Source: Callorhinchus milii
Taxonomy: Eukaryota
Length of the DNA: 64,000 nucleotides
Reading direction: 5' to 3'
Assembly (NCBI RefSeq): GCF_018977255.1
Contig: NW_024704743.1
Coordinates: 60,390,001-60,454,000 of the forward strand
The translations under genes and the position numbers were made by a program. The notes beneath the pieces are model-generated. The model was given only the letters and a program-made list of their open reading frames with translations. It had not been told where the DNA came from and made no database searches. Shown piece by piece: positions 35,223-49,331 of the stretch (positions are counted from its first letter, which is position 1; every line of letters starts with the position of its first letter).

Positions 35223-35679
35223 TTATATTTATGATAATAATCATTGCATTTCATATAACGCCTTATTAGGTCATGGAGATGTCTCAAAGCTCTTCACAGG
35301 ATATAATGTAAAGTGTATTTTGTAGCCGAAATTTGAATAAACAAGGCTTTCTTTTCTTTTTTGTGGTCAGTGTAAGCAGATGCTGGCGTTAAATGTGGAG
35401 TATTTCCTGACAAGATTTCTAAATAACTATTTCCAAGTGATGCAAATAAGGACTCCTAGTAATCAGAATTATTTTACACTAGCCTGCAGGAGCTCTGCAC
35501 TAACATGATGTACTTCTGGAAGTTTCCAAAGGTCAGAAAGAAGTAGGAATTCTGCTAAGAAATATAACAAATTAAGCACCATTGTCAAAGTTACCGTTCT
35601 CGTTTGTTCAGCTGCTGGCTTTGAAGTTGCTGAAAGTGTTAGACCCAGGGACGGTATCCAGAGAGGGCACGCAACTCGC

Positions 35680-37745
35680 ACAAATCAACCCTGGTACACC
35701 AGCTACCTCTGCTCCCTTAAAGCCCAGGCGCATTCCGCTGGGCGGACCTGGCTTAAATCAAACCTAACTGTCCACCGGCAGATTTGGCTGGACCATGTCA
35801 AATCCTCGCCTCCGCTAAATTGTTGTTCTACTCCAAGTCAATCTTGGAGGCTAAGGATAACCCCAGGCTCCTCTTCTCCATCACGAACCGACTTCTCCGC
35901 CCACCCTCTCACGCCTCACCCATCCTCACCTCAAATGCCAACTGCAAGGCGATGCTCGACCTCCTCAAATCCAAAGTCGAAGGAATCCGCTCAGCTGCCT
36001 GTGCCACTGCCACTACTACTCCCTCCCCATCTCCTCCTCCCACCCCAGCCCCTACCCACCCCTCCCTCCACACCTTTGAACCCATCTCCCCCTCCTCTCT
36101 CATCACCACCATAACCATTATGAAACCCACCACCTGCTCCCTCGACCCCATCCCTAACCCCCTCCTTACCTCCAAGCTCCACCTCCGTACTCCTCTACTC
36201 ACTGACATTGTCAACCTCTCCCTGTCCTCTGGTACTGTTCCCACCCCTTTAAAAAACGCTGTCATCACTCCTATCCTTAAAAAACCCTCCCTGGACACTT
36301 TCTACTCCCTAACTACCAACCCATCTACAACCTCACCTTCCTCTCCAAAGTCCTGCAAGGAATTGTTGCTTCTCAGCTTCGCTCCTTCCTCTCCCGCCAC
36401 TCCCTTCTCGAACCCCTCCAATCGGGCTTCCTTGCCGCCCACGGCACAGAAGCAGCCCTGGTCAAAGTGACAAATGACATTCTGTCCATCTGCGACCAGG
36501 GCTTCTTCTGCCTCCTTGACCTCTCTGCTGCTTTTGACACCATCGACCGCTCTATCCTCATCCACTGCCTCTCCTCTCACCTCAACCTCCATGGTGCTGT
36601 CCTTGATTGGTTCAGATCATATCTCTCACACCGCCTGCACTTCATCTCCTCAAACGGCTTCTCCTCAGCCCCCGCACCGTCTTGTGTGGCGTTCCTCAGG
36701 ACTCTGTCCTTGGTCCCCTCCTCTTCAATATCTATATGCTCCCTCTTGGTGACATCATCCACAGACATGGGGTCAACTTCCACATGTATACAGATGACAC
36801 CCAACTCTACTTCTCTGCCTCCACCCTTGACTCCAGGACCACTGCTGTGCTGACAGAATCTCTGTCAGATATCAAGTCCTGGATGAGAGGTCACTTTCTT
36901 CAGTTGCACGTCAACAAAACTGAGGCTCTCCTGATTGGCTTTCGTCAGTGCCTCCTCACCATCCATGATTGCAAACTCAACCTTACTAAGCCAATCCGGA
37001 ACCTTGGGATCTTGTTCGACCCTCAACTATCCTTTCTACCTCACATTCGAGCCATGACCCGTTCTGCCTTCCCCCATCTCCGCAACGTTGCCTGGCTCCG
37101 ACACTGTCTCACACCGCAGGCCATCGATACCCTCATACATGCTTTCATTATATTGAAGCTCGACTATGCAAATTCATTGCTTGTCGACCTCCCCAACTCT
37201 TCCCTCCAAAGGTTGCAGATCATCCAGAACTCTGCAGCCCGTGTCCTCTCTCGTCCTAGGCTTCTTGACCCTATCACCCCCATCCTTGCCCAACTCCACT
37301 GGCTTCCCATCACACAGAGGATACAGTTCAACATCCTGGTCCTCACCTTCAAAGCCCTTCATGGTATTGCTCCTCTCTACCTCTCCGACCTCCTAACCCG
37401 CTACCATCCTTTTCGCTCCCTCCACTCAGCGGGCTCCGGCCTGCTTCACGTCCCCTGCCTTGCTCGCCCCACTATCGGCGTGCGGGCCTTCCACCACTCT
37501 GCACCCACCCTCTGAAACTCCATCTCGCAGTCCCTCAATCTCGCCCCTTCGCTTGTCACCTTCAAGATCCACCTCAAGACCCCCTTCTTCAACCATGCTT
37601 TCGATTTCCCTACTTCCCCCCTACCGCCCTCCACCCTCCCCCACCCCAATCCTCAGCTCAGGTCCGAAACTCTGTCTGTAGCGCCTTGGGACATCTTCCC
37701 AACGTGAAAGGCGCTATGTAAATGTTATTTTGTTGTGTTGTTGTA
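35680..37745 (+). mobile_element. 5'-truncated L2 LINE, ORF2 RT frameshifted, complete 3' tail
   Basis: [42 protein letters not shown] motifs; GTGAAAGGCGCTATG + (TTG)n tail. Confidence 0.95.
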
Positions 37746-39109
37746 GCTACCAGTGTATGGCTGGTCATGGTGAAACTAGACACATTTTATTCTGATTCTT
37801 TCAGAAAGCCAATGTAACATACCGGTACTGTACTCTGCATCAGTATGCTGCTTTGTCATGTTAAAGTCCACTGCATATTGGGGGTATTTATTAGACTGCT
37901 GGACAGGTACACAGTACTTTACAATGGTAGATAAAATTTTGAGTATTTGATCTCCCATTCGTCTTGAATCCAATGATGCAATTGACATTTGTGAGGTCAG
38001 TGAAGGCTTCTAAAGTGGCTGACAGCTACAAACCAAATATTTTCAGATCTGCTAAGTAAACATTGGTCACATGGTCCAGAAGACACCATACAAATGTTTA
38101 TGCTTCCTTACCAACAAAGTTACCAAATTACAATACTGATAGTAACAACTTCAAACTGCTTCACAAAGTGTAATGATTAGAAGTGAAGTGAATGTTGTTG
38201 TCAAGGAAAATGCGATTCTTTCAGATGAGATGTTAAATGAAGGTCCCATCTCTTGTTCATGTGGATGTTAAAGATCCCAAGGCATATTCAAAAAGATAAG
38301 GGAGTTATTCCCAGGGTCGTGGCCTATAATCCCCCAGATAAAATTGGTCATTCCTGTTTGTGGGACATTGATGTGCATATTCACCTACAAATACACCGTC
38401 ACTTATAGTTTACAGTAGATCCTGTGAATGGCTTTGAGATATTTTGACAATGTAATAAGGCACTATATCAGATGCAAGGATTATTGTTATTATTAAATGT
38501 GATAACAAGTCTGCACCAGCAATGGCACGTAAAAAACAATGAGATGAACTGATAATTAATTTGAATTTGGGGGAGGATTTAGATACAGAGGGCAGTAAAA
38601 GCCATGTTATTTTAAAGTAGCAATGGCAGGATAGTCCCTTTACATCCATCTGAATCACAAGGCTAAATGAACCTAAAATTAATAACACAATGAAGGAATG
38701 GGATGATGATCTGGAAATATGTAATAAAATGTTACATAATACAGAATATTGTTATGTAGGTAAACATGGAAGCTAATCTGTGCCAGCAACAAGAACGAAA
38801 AAAGACAAATGACACATGAGTAAAAATTGGATCTATAGAGTGGAACAGTAAGTGCACTTTGAGAGGGTTAGAGACCGAGATCAGGCACAGTCCTGCCATC
38901 ATGTCTATTAGAGTTAGTGCCTGTTGTTTCCTGATAACTCTGACTCTGAGCCTTTTTGTGTGACCAGAGGTGAGCTATAACATTAGGCTGCCTTCTTAAC
39001 TGAAAGATTTTACATTTTGCACCATGGCAGTCAGGCTCCGTCACTGTTAAATGCTCTGGGATGTTACCCTGCGAGGAGGGCACTATATAAGTGCAAGTTG
39101 TTGTTGTTG

Positions 39110-39405
39110 TTCTTGGCACCCCAATGGCCAAATACATGATTTCGTACTCGACTGCAACGTTTATTAAAGAACCCCAAATTCCCAAATGATCTGAGAGACC
39201 TGGCAAGCTTTCCCCCCTACTTGTCCAGCTAGGACCATCCTATCCAGTGGGTATTGGTTTACAGGAATAATTGGAGCTGGATGGGAAGAGGCCCTATCCC
39301 AAGTGAATGGTCTGCCCTTCCAAGTCCTGCTGATGAGCCAGGCTGGCTGTGCTGTCATCAGCATTGCCCGGGAATACTGCGAACCTGCCTGACTCAGGAA
39401 CTAAA
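39110..39405 (-). repeat. Fragment of the unclassified ~630-bp family
   Basis: Reverse-complement similarity to 30840-31120. Confidence 0.75.
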
Positions 39406-39887
39406 TCTATGTTATTTTACTGTGTTTGTAGGATGAGGTTTTGAAGCGGTGTAGAAAGTATTTTGAAATAATTTTCAAAGTATTTTGAGTGCTCAGAGGT
39501 GCTATTCTGCGTGAAGGGTACTATATAAATGCAACTTGTTGTTCAAACAATTCATATCTAATAAAATTCAAAAGTGAAGCTAGTTCCTATAATCTTTACA
39601 TACTGCAAATCCAAAGAAATGCAATATTCTCATTTTGGTTATGGTCAAAAAAGGGTGGAGAATTAAAATTACATGTGTTACAGTTTTAGTTTATTTAAAG
39701 ATTAGCTTTGAGGCAGTGTTGCCGTGGCACTTGCAGATTTGTGAGGTTTCAGATAAAATACAGGAACTACTTGGGTCTTGACTTGAACTAAAATAAAGGA
39801 ATAAAAGTTCATTGGAAATAACTTTGCAGGAGAAGTTAAACCAAGTCCTGTCTGTGTTGGAGTAAAAGTATACACAGAGTAGAACCA

Positions 39888-40740
39888 TTTTTTGGGGGGT
39901 CAGCGGGTGTCTGACACATGTGGAAACCCATCACCATGCTTAAAAGTATACAAACCAAACTGAGATTACATGCATCCCACCTACATATGGATATTCCAGA
40001 GATAGATTGATGGAATGGAATATGCATTCTCTCCCTTCACAGATCTGTTCTGTTTATCTTATTTCGGAAAGTATTAGGCGCAGGTTGGCAAGAATCAAGG
40101 CTTGGGGATCCCAGAGTATGGGTTGGGGTACTGCTGGAGTCTAACCAGCTGAAGCTGCATAGCTTGCCATTGATATCACTGTCTGACAAGCTTTTCTACT
40201 GCTTGTCCAGCTAGGACCACTTACCCATTAGAGCTTTGGCTTGCAGGGTTAACAGGAGCTGAGTGGGAACGTCCCTGCCCCCAGTGACTGGTCTGCCATT
40301 CCAAGTTCCGCCATTCCAAGTCCTGACGATGAGCCAGGCTGGCTGTGCTGTCATCAGTAGTGCCCTGGAATACTGCGGACCTGCCTGGCTCAGGAACTGG
40401 ACTACGGAGACCACCATGGAGCATGGGCTCGATTTTGATATTCAGTTGCCAAACACATCACCTTGGAGCCAATTCAGCTTGCACCTGAGCTGGGGATTGC
40501 AATTGAACCCTTGTCTGCCCAGCGCCTTGTGACATTCTTCTGACGTGAAAAACGCTATATTAATGTAAGTTGTTATTGTTGCCTCAGGAACCAGATTACA
40601 AAACTGCCACAGAGGATTGATTCAATCCCACATTCCTTTTCCAAACATGCTTCCTTGGAGAGCCAGCTCAGCTCCAGGAAAAAAACATCACCCCTCCACC
40701 TCCCAGGGGGATAGTCATGAGTTAGGTCATTTGACATCTG
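39888..40740 (-). repeat. Near-complete copy (39888-40480) and a second 5' fragment (40582-40740) of the unclassified family, separated by an L2 tail
   Basis: Colinear reverse-complement match to 30691-31327. Confidence 0.8.
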
Positions 40741-42585
40741 ATAGTGTCTTGGGACATCCTCCTGATGTGCAAGGCACTATATAAATGTAAATTTTTATTG
40801 TATTGTGAATTATTTGAACCCTCAATAGGGAGATAGAAGGTACCGGGAACTCCTTGTGGGCTGCCTGTGAGCATTGGCATCACAGACTTCACGAATACTT
40901 AAGAAGACTGTGAAAAATATTACAAGATTGGCCCCATTATATTTAGCCAGAATTAGTTTTGTTATAATAAAGTTAATTATAATAAACCACAGAAAATACT
41001 ATTTCTATTGGAAAAGTGTTCTCAGAGTGAGGATGAAATGATAGGAGTAGCAGTAATAATAATAATATTAATCTTTATATTTGATATGGCACCATTTTAC
41101 ATCTGGAGGATGTCTCTAAGCACTTCAAAGCATATACTGTAAAGTGGAGTGACTGTATTCTGTAGGCAATATTCTGTATATTGTTGATTTAGATAAGCAC
41201 AGGGAAAGAATAGGGAATTGGGAATCGGATTGATGGTTTTATTAGAGGAGCAAACATCAAAACTAATACAATGGGTTGAATGGCCTCCCATTGTGTCAAT
41301 TATATTTATGCTCTATGGTTCACTTTGAATGAAAACATTATGAAAACTCATTACTTTTTATTTGTGTAAAGTAATTGCTAACAGCACAATGTAGAGTGGG
41401 AATAATTGCTCTGTTCGTCCTTCAGCTTTGAGAGGGTACAATTTCAGCACAAGAAATTTTGAAATAAAACCATTCGGTGATGTTAAAGGGTTAAGTTTTA
41501 AGGCAGAGCAGAAGGATGTTTTCCTCTAGATTTTAGACATTGTATAACAGACAATATATTCCAAGCCAAGCCTAATAGACTCCATATGGAGTACAAATCT
41601 AGTCACTGTGCATGAAGGCTCGCCAGAGTGGTGTAGAGTTTCTAAAAAAGAAGAAATGAAAATTAAAGCAGTTGTGGTTTCACCATTGTGAGATAAATAC
41701 GTGGCAAAAATTTAACTCACTTTTTACTCTTCAATGGGAACATTTATATGAAAATTAGGGACAAGTTTCATGTTTTGAATTATTCTAAAATAGCTGCATT
41801 TACTGTACAAAATGATTCCAATGGGTTGACCCAGAATCTTCTGACAACTGTCCTCTGCTTTTTTAAATCACTCAGAAATAGGTTTGAAAAGTCATTCATA
41901 ATCTAGCCCTGTGACTGGTCAGCAACTACAGTGCAATTTCTGAAATGTAATTTGAAACTGCTTCAAACCTCCACGACAGAATGTGAATGGAAAAGGAATG
42001 TCAGAATGAATAACTTGTTGGTTCATGTCAGGTGCTAATCTATCCACTGCTGTTTGTGGATTGTACAATGTTAACTAGAATAAGCTTTGGGGAATAACAT
42101 GACTATATTACTGTAAGTCAGAGCTTTTGTAATCTCTTTTAAAATGTCCGCTCTCCTACATTTTAATCCAAAAAGCATAGGAACCAAAATGTATTGGTTT
42201 ATTGCAAATAAGCAAGCAAACTGGCTGGTCTCAATTCACCAATAATTTGGCTTCAGCGAACCACAGATAATAAATTGGTGTTTCAAAAANTTCATCCAAT
42301 CGCACTTGAATATCAGTAACTGTCTCAATGAATTTTATAGTTTCGCTCCCAATTCTGTGTTATTTAACTCTTATAAATGTATTAATCCTAGGAAAAATGA
42401 TTAACTGGACAGCTCCTTTTTTATAACTCAAATCTGTCCAATTAAAATAAAGAACTGAGAAAGAACTTGCATTTTTATGATACTTTAGCACATCGAATCA
42501 TCTCAAGGCACATCAAAAATAACAATGAAAGATCAGAATTATTTTATATATGTATGTGTATATGATATGTGTAAACATAAAACAT

Positions 42586-43015
42586 TAATAATAAAAATCC
42601 TTGCATTTGATGTAGCATCTTTCACATCATTGAGACATCTCAAAGTGGCTCACAGGATAAAGTGTAAAGTGGATTGACTGCATATTTGCGAGCAAAATGT
42701 GGCAGCCACTTGCATACAGCGATGTCCCACAAATTGAAATTGGAGTGAGTGACCAATTTTTTATTTGGGCGATTGATGCCCAGGACCAGGAGAACCTCCC
42801 TTCTCTTGTCAAATAGTGTCATGCGATGTTTAACCTCCATCTGAACAGGCAGACTTTGGTTTAATGCCCAAAGCACAGCACCTCTGACAATACAACAGCC
42901 CTCCACCTCCCCCCAGCACTGCACTGTAATGCCATCTTAGACTCTGTGATTCCAAGAACTGACTTGAACACACAGCCTGCTGACTCAGAGGAGAGAATGC
43001 TACCACTGCGCCAGA
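42586..43015 (-). mobile_element. Long DeuSINE (SacSINE1-like)
   Basis: tRNA-like head, Deu core TTTGTGGGACATCGCTGTATGCAAGTGGCTGCC, L2-type tail. Confidence 0.8.
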
Positions 43016-43119
43016 CTCACACACATGATTTAACATTTTCCTCCATGATTTCAGCCTCTTTTCTCCTCAGTGAATTGAAGAAGAATTACTATGGTTTGTT
43101 CTAGTTGAGCTCTGTGGAC

Positions 43120-43261
43120 TTTGATTAGCTACAAGCGGGTTCCTACTGACTGCTAGGTACACACTGTAAGCAAACTTGCCTAAGGTTTTGCCCTGGCGGG
43201 AATTGAACCCAGTCCTCTCACTTGTGAGACGAGCGCACTAACCACTATACTACGGGATTCC
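43120..43261 (-). mobile_element. SINE 5' head fragment
   Basis: Minus strand CCCGTAGTATAGTGGTTAG...GGGTTCAATTCCC (A/B boxes). Confidence 0.8.
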
Positions 43262-43499
43262 ATATACTCAACATTGAACCACAATATATTTGCTCTCCGC
43301 TTTGTTCCACTGCCTAACAGTTAATATGAAGCAGTAGTCACTTTCAGCAAAAATGTGAGTAATGCATCATTTTGTTTCATTGTAAAATATCCAACTGAAA
43401 CCTGGGAGATTATCATGATAGTGTAAAGTTTACAATTTCAAACTCCAAATGCATGATTCCATCATATTTCTGTGTAGATCAGGGCACATGTAATCCTTT

Positions 43500-44607
43500 T
43501 TATACAGCCTTATTTCCTGCATTTTAATCCAAAAACGCAAAGGAATGCTTAAAACATATAAAACAGCTAAGATGAGTAGTAAACCCGAGGATTGGGAGAA
43601 CTTTCGGGATCAACAAAGGAGACCAAAAAAGTGATTAAGAGGGAGAAAATGGAATATGAGAGCAAACTAGCGAGGAACATAAAGACAGACTGCAAGAGTT
43701 TTTACAAATATATAAAGAGGAAGAGGTGTCAAAGGTAAATGTGGGCCGGTTACAGGCAGAGACGGGGGGAATTGGAATAAAGAAATGGTTTTAGGTAAAT
43801 TGTCAGGTCTTAAAACTGATAAATCCCCTGGACCTGATGGCCTACATCCTAGGGTTTTAAAAGAGGTGGCTACTGAGATAGTGGATGGCTTGTCCTTGAT
43901 CTTCCAAAATTCTCTGGATTCTGGAACAGTTCCCATCGATTGGAAGATTGCAATCGTAACACCACTATTTAAGAAGGGTGGGAGAGAAAAGATGGGGATC
44001 TATAGACCACTTGGTCTGACATCAGTGGTAGGGAAAATTCTTGAGTCCTTATTTAAAGATGTCGTTATGGGATTCCTGGAAGACCATAACAAGATTAGGC
44101 AGAGTCAACATGGCCTTACAAAAGGGAAGTCATGCTTAACTAATCTTTTAGAGTTTTTTGAAGATGTATTTAGCAGGTTAGATAGGGGGGAACCAGTAGA
44201 TGTTGTATATTTAGATTTTAAGAAGGCATTTGACAAAGTGCCACACAAAAGGCTATTGCACAAGGTTAAGGCCCACGAGATTAATGGGAGCATATCAGCA
44301 TGGATTGAAGAGTGGCTAACGGGGAGAAAACAGAGAGTAGGGATAAATGGGTCATTCTCGAATTGGCAGAATGTGACTATTGGAGTGCCACAAGGATCAG
44401 TGCTTGGGCCTCAGTTATTTACAATTTACATCTTCAAGGCTGAGACTGATAGATTTTTAAAAANTAGAGTGATTATGGGATATGGGGATAGGCAGGAAAT
44501 TAGAGTTAGGTCAGAAGATCAGCCATGATCTTATCAAATGGCAGGGCAGGCTCGAGGGGTCAAATGGCCTACTCCTGCTCCTAATTCTTATGTTCTTATG
44601 TTCTTAT
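43500..44607 (+). mobile_element. CR1 LINE, internally deleted; ORF 43785..44528 encodes the N-terminal half of RT
   Basis: KSPGPDGLHPRVLKE, SQHGLTKGKSCLTNLLEFFE, YLDFKKAFDKVPH, GVPQGSVLGP; (TTCTTATG)n tail. Confidence 0.95.
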
Positions 44608-45474
44608 TGCAAATAGACAGCGAAGCACCAACAAACCTCACCAAAGTGGCCACTATTCATGAGTGAGTATTGACAGACTATTTAACTATGGTGAAGAACA
44701 TGTCAGTTGACCTAATGTCCATACACAGCAAGATTCACTCGAACAATGAGTAGTTTATTTCCCTCTATAACCTGCAGCATGGAAACCAATTATAATGCTC
44801 TTAGATCACTTAGATCCAGCTAGAATACAGCAGGATTTAAAGGTAGATAGAAATGAGGCATCATGGGGGCAGGAAGTTTCAAAGAAAGAGGCACAGTTGC
44901 TCCATTTTAATGGCTTATGATTTGATTAGCACCGGCCAAATCATTGAAGATACTGGCATGAGCAATACTTCAAGTGTATATTGATAGTGTACTACCAGCC
45001 ACTTGACCTGTACAACTAACAATGACTTATTGCACTGTTTGTAAATGTACCCAAATGCAATCTGAATAATGACCTGGGAGGCCATGTTTCAAGGAAGCTG
45101 AACATTTTAGTTTTGTATTAGAAAAAACATTATTCTTTGCAACCTTTTCAAAATCTACCAGAATCTTAAAAATGTTTTAAATATCTCAAGAAATCAGAAA
45201 CTTGCACGTTTGAATATAGCAAAAAAATCCTGAAAACAATGCCAAATGGACATGGGATCAAATCTTGCAGGAGTTGTTAACACATTTCTTAATTAATTCA
45301 TTTGAATGGGAATTATCTCTAGTAATTGGAAGTACATCATGGATGTTAACCTGTTTAATTAAAAAATCCATAAAGAAAGCACAAAATAGTCCCTATATCA
45401 GTCAAAGTCTACAAACATTACATCTCCTCAGGGCAAACCGATGTGTGAAAACAGCACCAGTTCCTCATTTAGGT

Positions 45475-45803
45475 GGAGTCCTGTAGCTTAGTGGTTAGAG
45501 CACTCGCTTTGCAAGCGAGAGCCCTGAGTTCAATTCTAGGCAGGGTGAAACCTTGGGCAAGTTTCCTTACTCCTCACGCCTAATAATAATCCCTCCAAAA
45601 CCCAAAATAATAATAAATTGGTCATTTTCAATCTACGACTGTTTGTGGGACATTGCTGTGCGCAATTGGCTGCCGCGTTCGCCCACAAACATACAGTCAA
45701 TTCACTTTACAGTATATTCTGTGAAGCGCTTTGGGACGTCCTCCCGACTTGAAAAGCGCTATATCAAATGCAAGGATTATTATTATTATTTATTATTATT
45801 ATT
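45475..45803 (+). mobile_element. Full-length short tRNA-derived Deu-domain SINE
   Basis: A box TAGCTTAGTGG, anticodon-like arm CTCGC-TTTGCAA-GCGAG, B box GAGTTCAATTC, Deu core, L2-type tail, (ATT)n. Confidence 0.93.
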
Positions 45804-45875
45804 TAAGACTGCTTGGTATGGTGGACAGTAATACAATAATTTGTACAACTTTTCAATTATAAATACTGGTCTTTA

Positions 45876-46755
45876 TAATAATAATCCTTGCATTTGATAC
45901 AGAGTCTTATCACATCATTGAAATGTTTGAAAGCACTTCACAGGATTTACTGTAAAGTGCAGGAATTGTATATTTTTGTAGGTGAATGTGGCAGCCAATT
46001 TGCACACAAACAATGTCCTACAAATAGGTTGAATGACTAATTTTATCTGAAGGACTGTTGGCCAGGAGGCAAGGAGAAACTCCCTTCACGTTTATCATGG
46101 GATCTTTAACATCCACCTTTACAAGTGGATGGGACCTCAGTTTAACATCTCATCTGAAGAACAGCACTGGGGCTGTCCAGGCTTAACAGACAGTGCAAGG
46201 GAGAGCAATGAGGTGGATCCACAGTGTTAGAGGAATGAGCTGTGAGCAATAATTAGACAAGCTAGGGTTATTTTGTCTTGAGAGAAGAAACTCGGAGGAG
46301 GAATCATAGAAGTCTTCCATTTTAAATGGAATTGAAAAAGTAAACTCAGATCTATACTTTAGGATGTAGAATGGCAGTAAAAAGAGAGGATCTAGGTTTA
46401 GAGTTGTAAAGGGCAATTTCAGGACTGATACGTGGAAGTGTATCTTTACTTAGAGGGTAATCAATGACTGGAACAGAAAGGGTGGTAGAGGCCAGGACAC
46501 TGGACTCATTCAAAAAGCAACTTGGTGCATTAATGGGGATGGAAAGGTGGGTGTTCTGGAGAGATGACATTGAATGGGCTGAAGGGCCTTCTTCATCTAG
46601 ACCCATGTTGTGATTCCTGTGATCTTGTGACCTCCCACACTGCAGTGTTCCCCACGACTGCATTGGAATGTCAGCTTTGGCAGTCAGTTCAAAGCTCTGA
46701 CATGGGAGTTTGAACTCACAGAGGTGAGAGTGCTACTAACTGAGGCAACTTGACA
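45876..46755 (-). mobile_element. Long DeuSINE split by a plus-strand CR1 3' fragment (about 46180-46625)
   Basis: SINE body stops near 46170 and resumes near 46630; insert shows CR1-like TTTACTTAGAGGGTAATC..GAATGGGCTGAAGGGCCT. Confidence 0.75.
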
Positions 46756-47149
46756 TTATAAAAGCTATAAGGACTACTGTGATTTGCAGGTAGACTGATA
46801 TTGTTCCAGATCAAAAGCTGTCTTGTGGAGGGGTCATTCCAAACTCAACAATTGGTCAAAAGTGATAACCCATATACTGCCAATGGGCCCAAGAAAATGA
46901 CTACCTCTTAGGTCAGAGGGCATTGCACATTTTCAATATCTACATCATTAATACTAGAATGGTTTGGGGGAGGTTCAGTAATTTATACAGGTAATTAACA
47001 CTATTGAAGAAATTCATACATTAAAAATAACAATCTTTTGTTTCTCCTGATGACTTTATAATGCCCTTCACGACTTTCTGACGTGAAGGGTGCTAGACAA
47101 GTGTAAGTTGTTGTTGTTTATTGTGGAAAGACACTGTCCACGATGAAAC

Positions 47150-47310
47150 CCAGCCACATAGATCTGTAAGGTCCCAGGTTTGATCACTGGTCTGGCCAGA
47201 GCTGCTGATAGTATCCAAGGCACCAGTATGGTTGCAACAATTGACTTCAGTCCCTTCAGACTGGAGAGCCAAGGTTTCTGCTCCTAGTCACTAGGTAGTA
47301 AGTCCTGTTG
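47150..47310 (+). mobile_element. AmnSINE2-like 5' fragment
   Basis: AAGGTCCCAGGTTTGATCACTGGTCTG..ACAATTG..GCCAAGGTTTCTGCTCCT, similar to 7630-7780. Confidence 0.55.
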
Positions 47311-47546
47311 GACATTTAATTAATCATCGCTACCTGGCAGGCTTTCCCACTGCTTGTCCAACTAGGACTACTCTAACCTTTAGGGCTTTGGCTGCATGGG
47401 ATAACTCCCTGCCCCCATTGACTGGTCTGCCCTGCCGATGAGCCAGACTGGCTGTGATTAAGAAAAAGTACTAGTCTCACACTACAACATATTGACATAT
47501 AAATACAACCTTCTCACCACTATACTTCTGAACAATGATTTACACT

Positions 47547-47864
47547 GGAGTCCTGCAGCTCAGTGGTTCGAGCTTTGCAAGCAAGAGACCTGAGTTCAAT
47601 TCCAGGCAGGGCGAAACCTTGGGCAAGTTTCCTCACTCCACACGCCTAATAATAATCCCTCCAAAACAAAAAACGATAATAAATTGGTCAATTTCAATCT
47701 ACGACTGTTTGTGGGACATTGCTGTGCGTAATTGGCTGCCGCGTTCGCCCACAAATATATAGTCAATTCACTTTACAGTATATTCTGTGAAGCGCTTTGA
47801 GATATCTAGAAGACGTGAAAAGCGCTATATCAAATGCAAGGATTATTATTATTATTATTATATT
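47547..47864 (+). mobile_element. Near full-length short Deu-domain SINE
   Basis: High similarity to 45475-45803, with a small deletion in the head. Confidence 0.92.
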
Positions 47865-49331
47865 ACACTGATAACCAGAAATAGCAATTTTCTGCTTGAC
47901 AATACACCGAGCAAGAGTATGTTGTGAAGGCACTTAGCACAATTATGCCTACCAAACAAACACATTTGGAGGGATGCAATAAACTCAAATCTTCTTAGTT
48001 TAGTGGATTTACTGCCTGTGTCTATTTCTGAAAATTGGTTGCTAGCAGGAATGAAGGCTTTAGTGTAATCCAACTGAAAACTACTTTATTTGTACCGTTT
48101 AGATTCCACATTACTTTTGTATAACAGCAACATCTTGCACTTATATAGCACCCACCACGCATCTCAGATGCGTCTCAGAGGGATACTTTTGTATCGTACA
48201 TTACAGTTAAATGTTTGTATGATAAAAAAGTAATGTGGTATCTAAACACTTTATGAACCATTCGGAAACAGTAACAGATTGCCAAAGAAAATAAATCGCA
48301 AATTGATTCCCACTTCACGGCACAATCTGTTCTTCCTATTTCCACATTAATGCTTCTCATTTTTGTCCACCGAACCTTTTCCTGGTTTTTGTTTTTAAAA
48401 AAAATGCTACAATGGTTCTTATTCCTGACTGCCCAGCATCTTGGGACGTCCTCGGAATGTGAAAGGCCCTATACAAATGTAATTTGTTGTTGTTGTTTTT
48501 CTTATCACAGTGAAAGTATCATTATCAGGCATGTATCATGTTAAAAATAGCACACCACTCTTCTGGCTCTTCGCACACCCAAAGAAAGGTAACTAGACAC
48601 TTTGCATGGAAAACAGGGAGATTAATGTAAAAGGTTTACTATCTCAAAACAGTAACTCTTCGCTCCAAGGGAAAATAACTCAGTGACAAGTTATCAGGAG
48701 TAGTGAGTTAGGCATATGTATAAATTTATAAATAAATATGACAGGATTTATTGAGAGTATGATGACTTAAGTGGTAGTGACAAGTTAAGCCAGGGTCGAG
48801 TCATCAAGAGTTTACTGTATATTCTGGCTATAAGGTATCTTTTGCATAGAGCAGAGCTTGAATGGTATTTTGTAGGACTGTAAGGATGCTATTAAACTGG
48901 TCAGTGAACAAATATGATTTCGATTTAACCAAGTGTATCTTTATTGCAAGTTATTTATGTGTAACTAGAGGGTGTAAACCTTCACTACAGTTAAAACATA
49001 ATCATTGGCTAGCCATGTACTTTTTTCAGATGAATTCTATATTATTATTGTCAAGTAAAATTATATACTATAGCAAATCCTGAACGATTCCTGCTTGGCT
49101 CCATCAAAAACTTGGCTTTTCCTATGGATCTTTAACTGTTTTTTGCTAGGCCATTGTTGAATATTGCCTTCCATTTGAATCCTGGAAAAGCTTTGCTTGA
49201 TCAATAACATTTGTTTATGCTACAGTTATAATACTGCAGCTCTGTCATTATTATAGCACTAACTTTTCCTGAGGTCCTCACTTGTATAATTTTCTTTGCT
49301 CAGTTTCATACAATCAGAAAGCAACATTTAT

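Noticed and set aside
39330..39362. CTGATGA plus GCCAG/CTGGC stem resembling a hammerhead
   Set aside because: No GAAA box after the stem, and sibling copies read ACGATGA or CCGATGA.
42290..44464. Single N bases at 42290 and 44464
   Set aside because: Assembly ambiguities, not biology.
45475..45546. tRNA-Ala(TGC) gene
   Set aside because: Acceptor and T stems pair poorly, and it continues into a SINE body present in several copies.
48759..48822. C/D box snoRNA candidate (ATGATGA)
   Set aside because: No CTGA D box or terminal stem; intergenic position.
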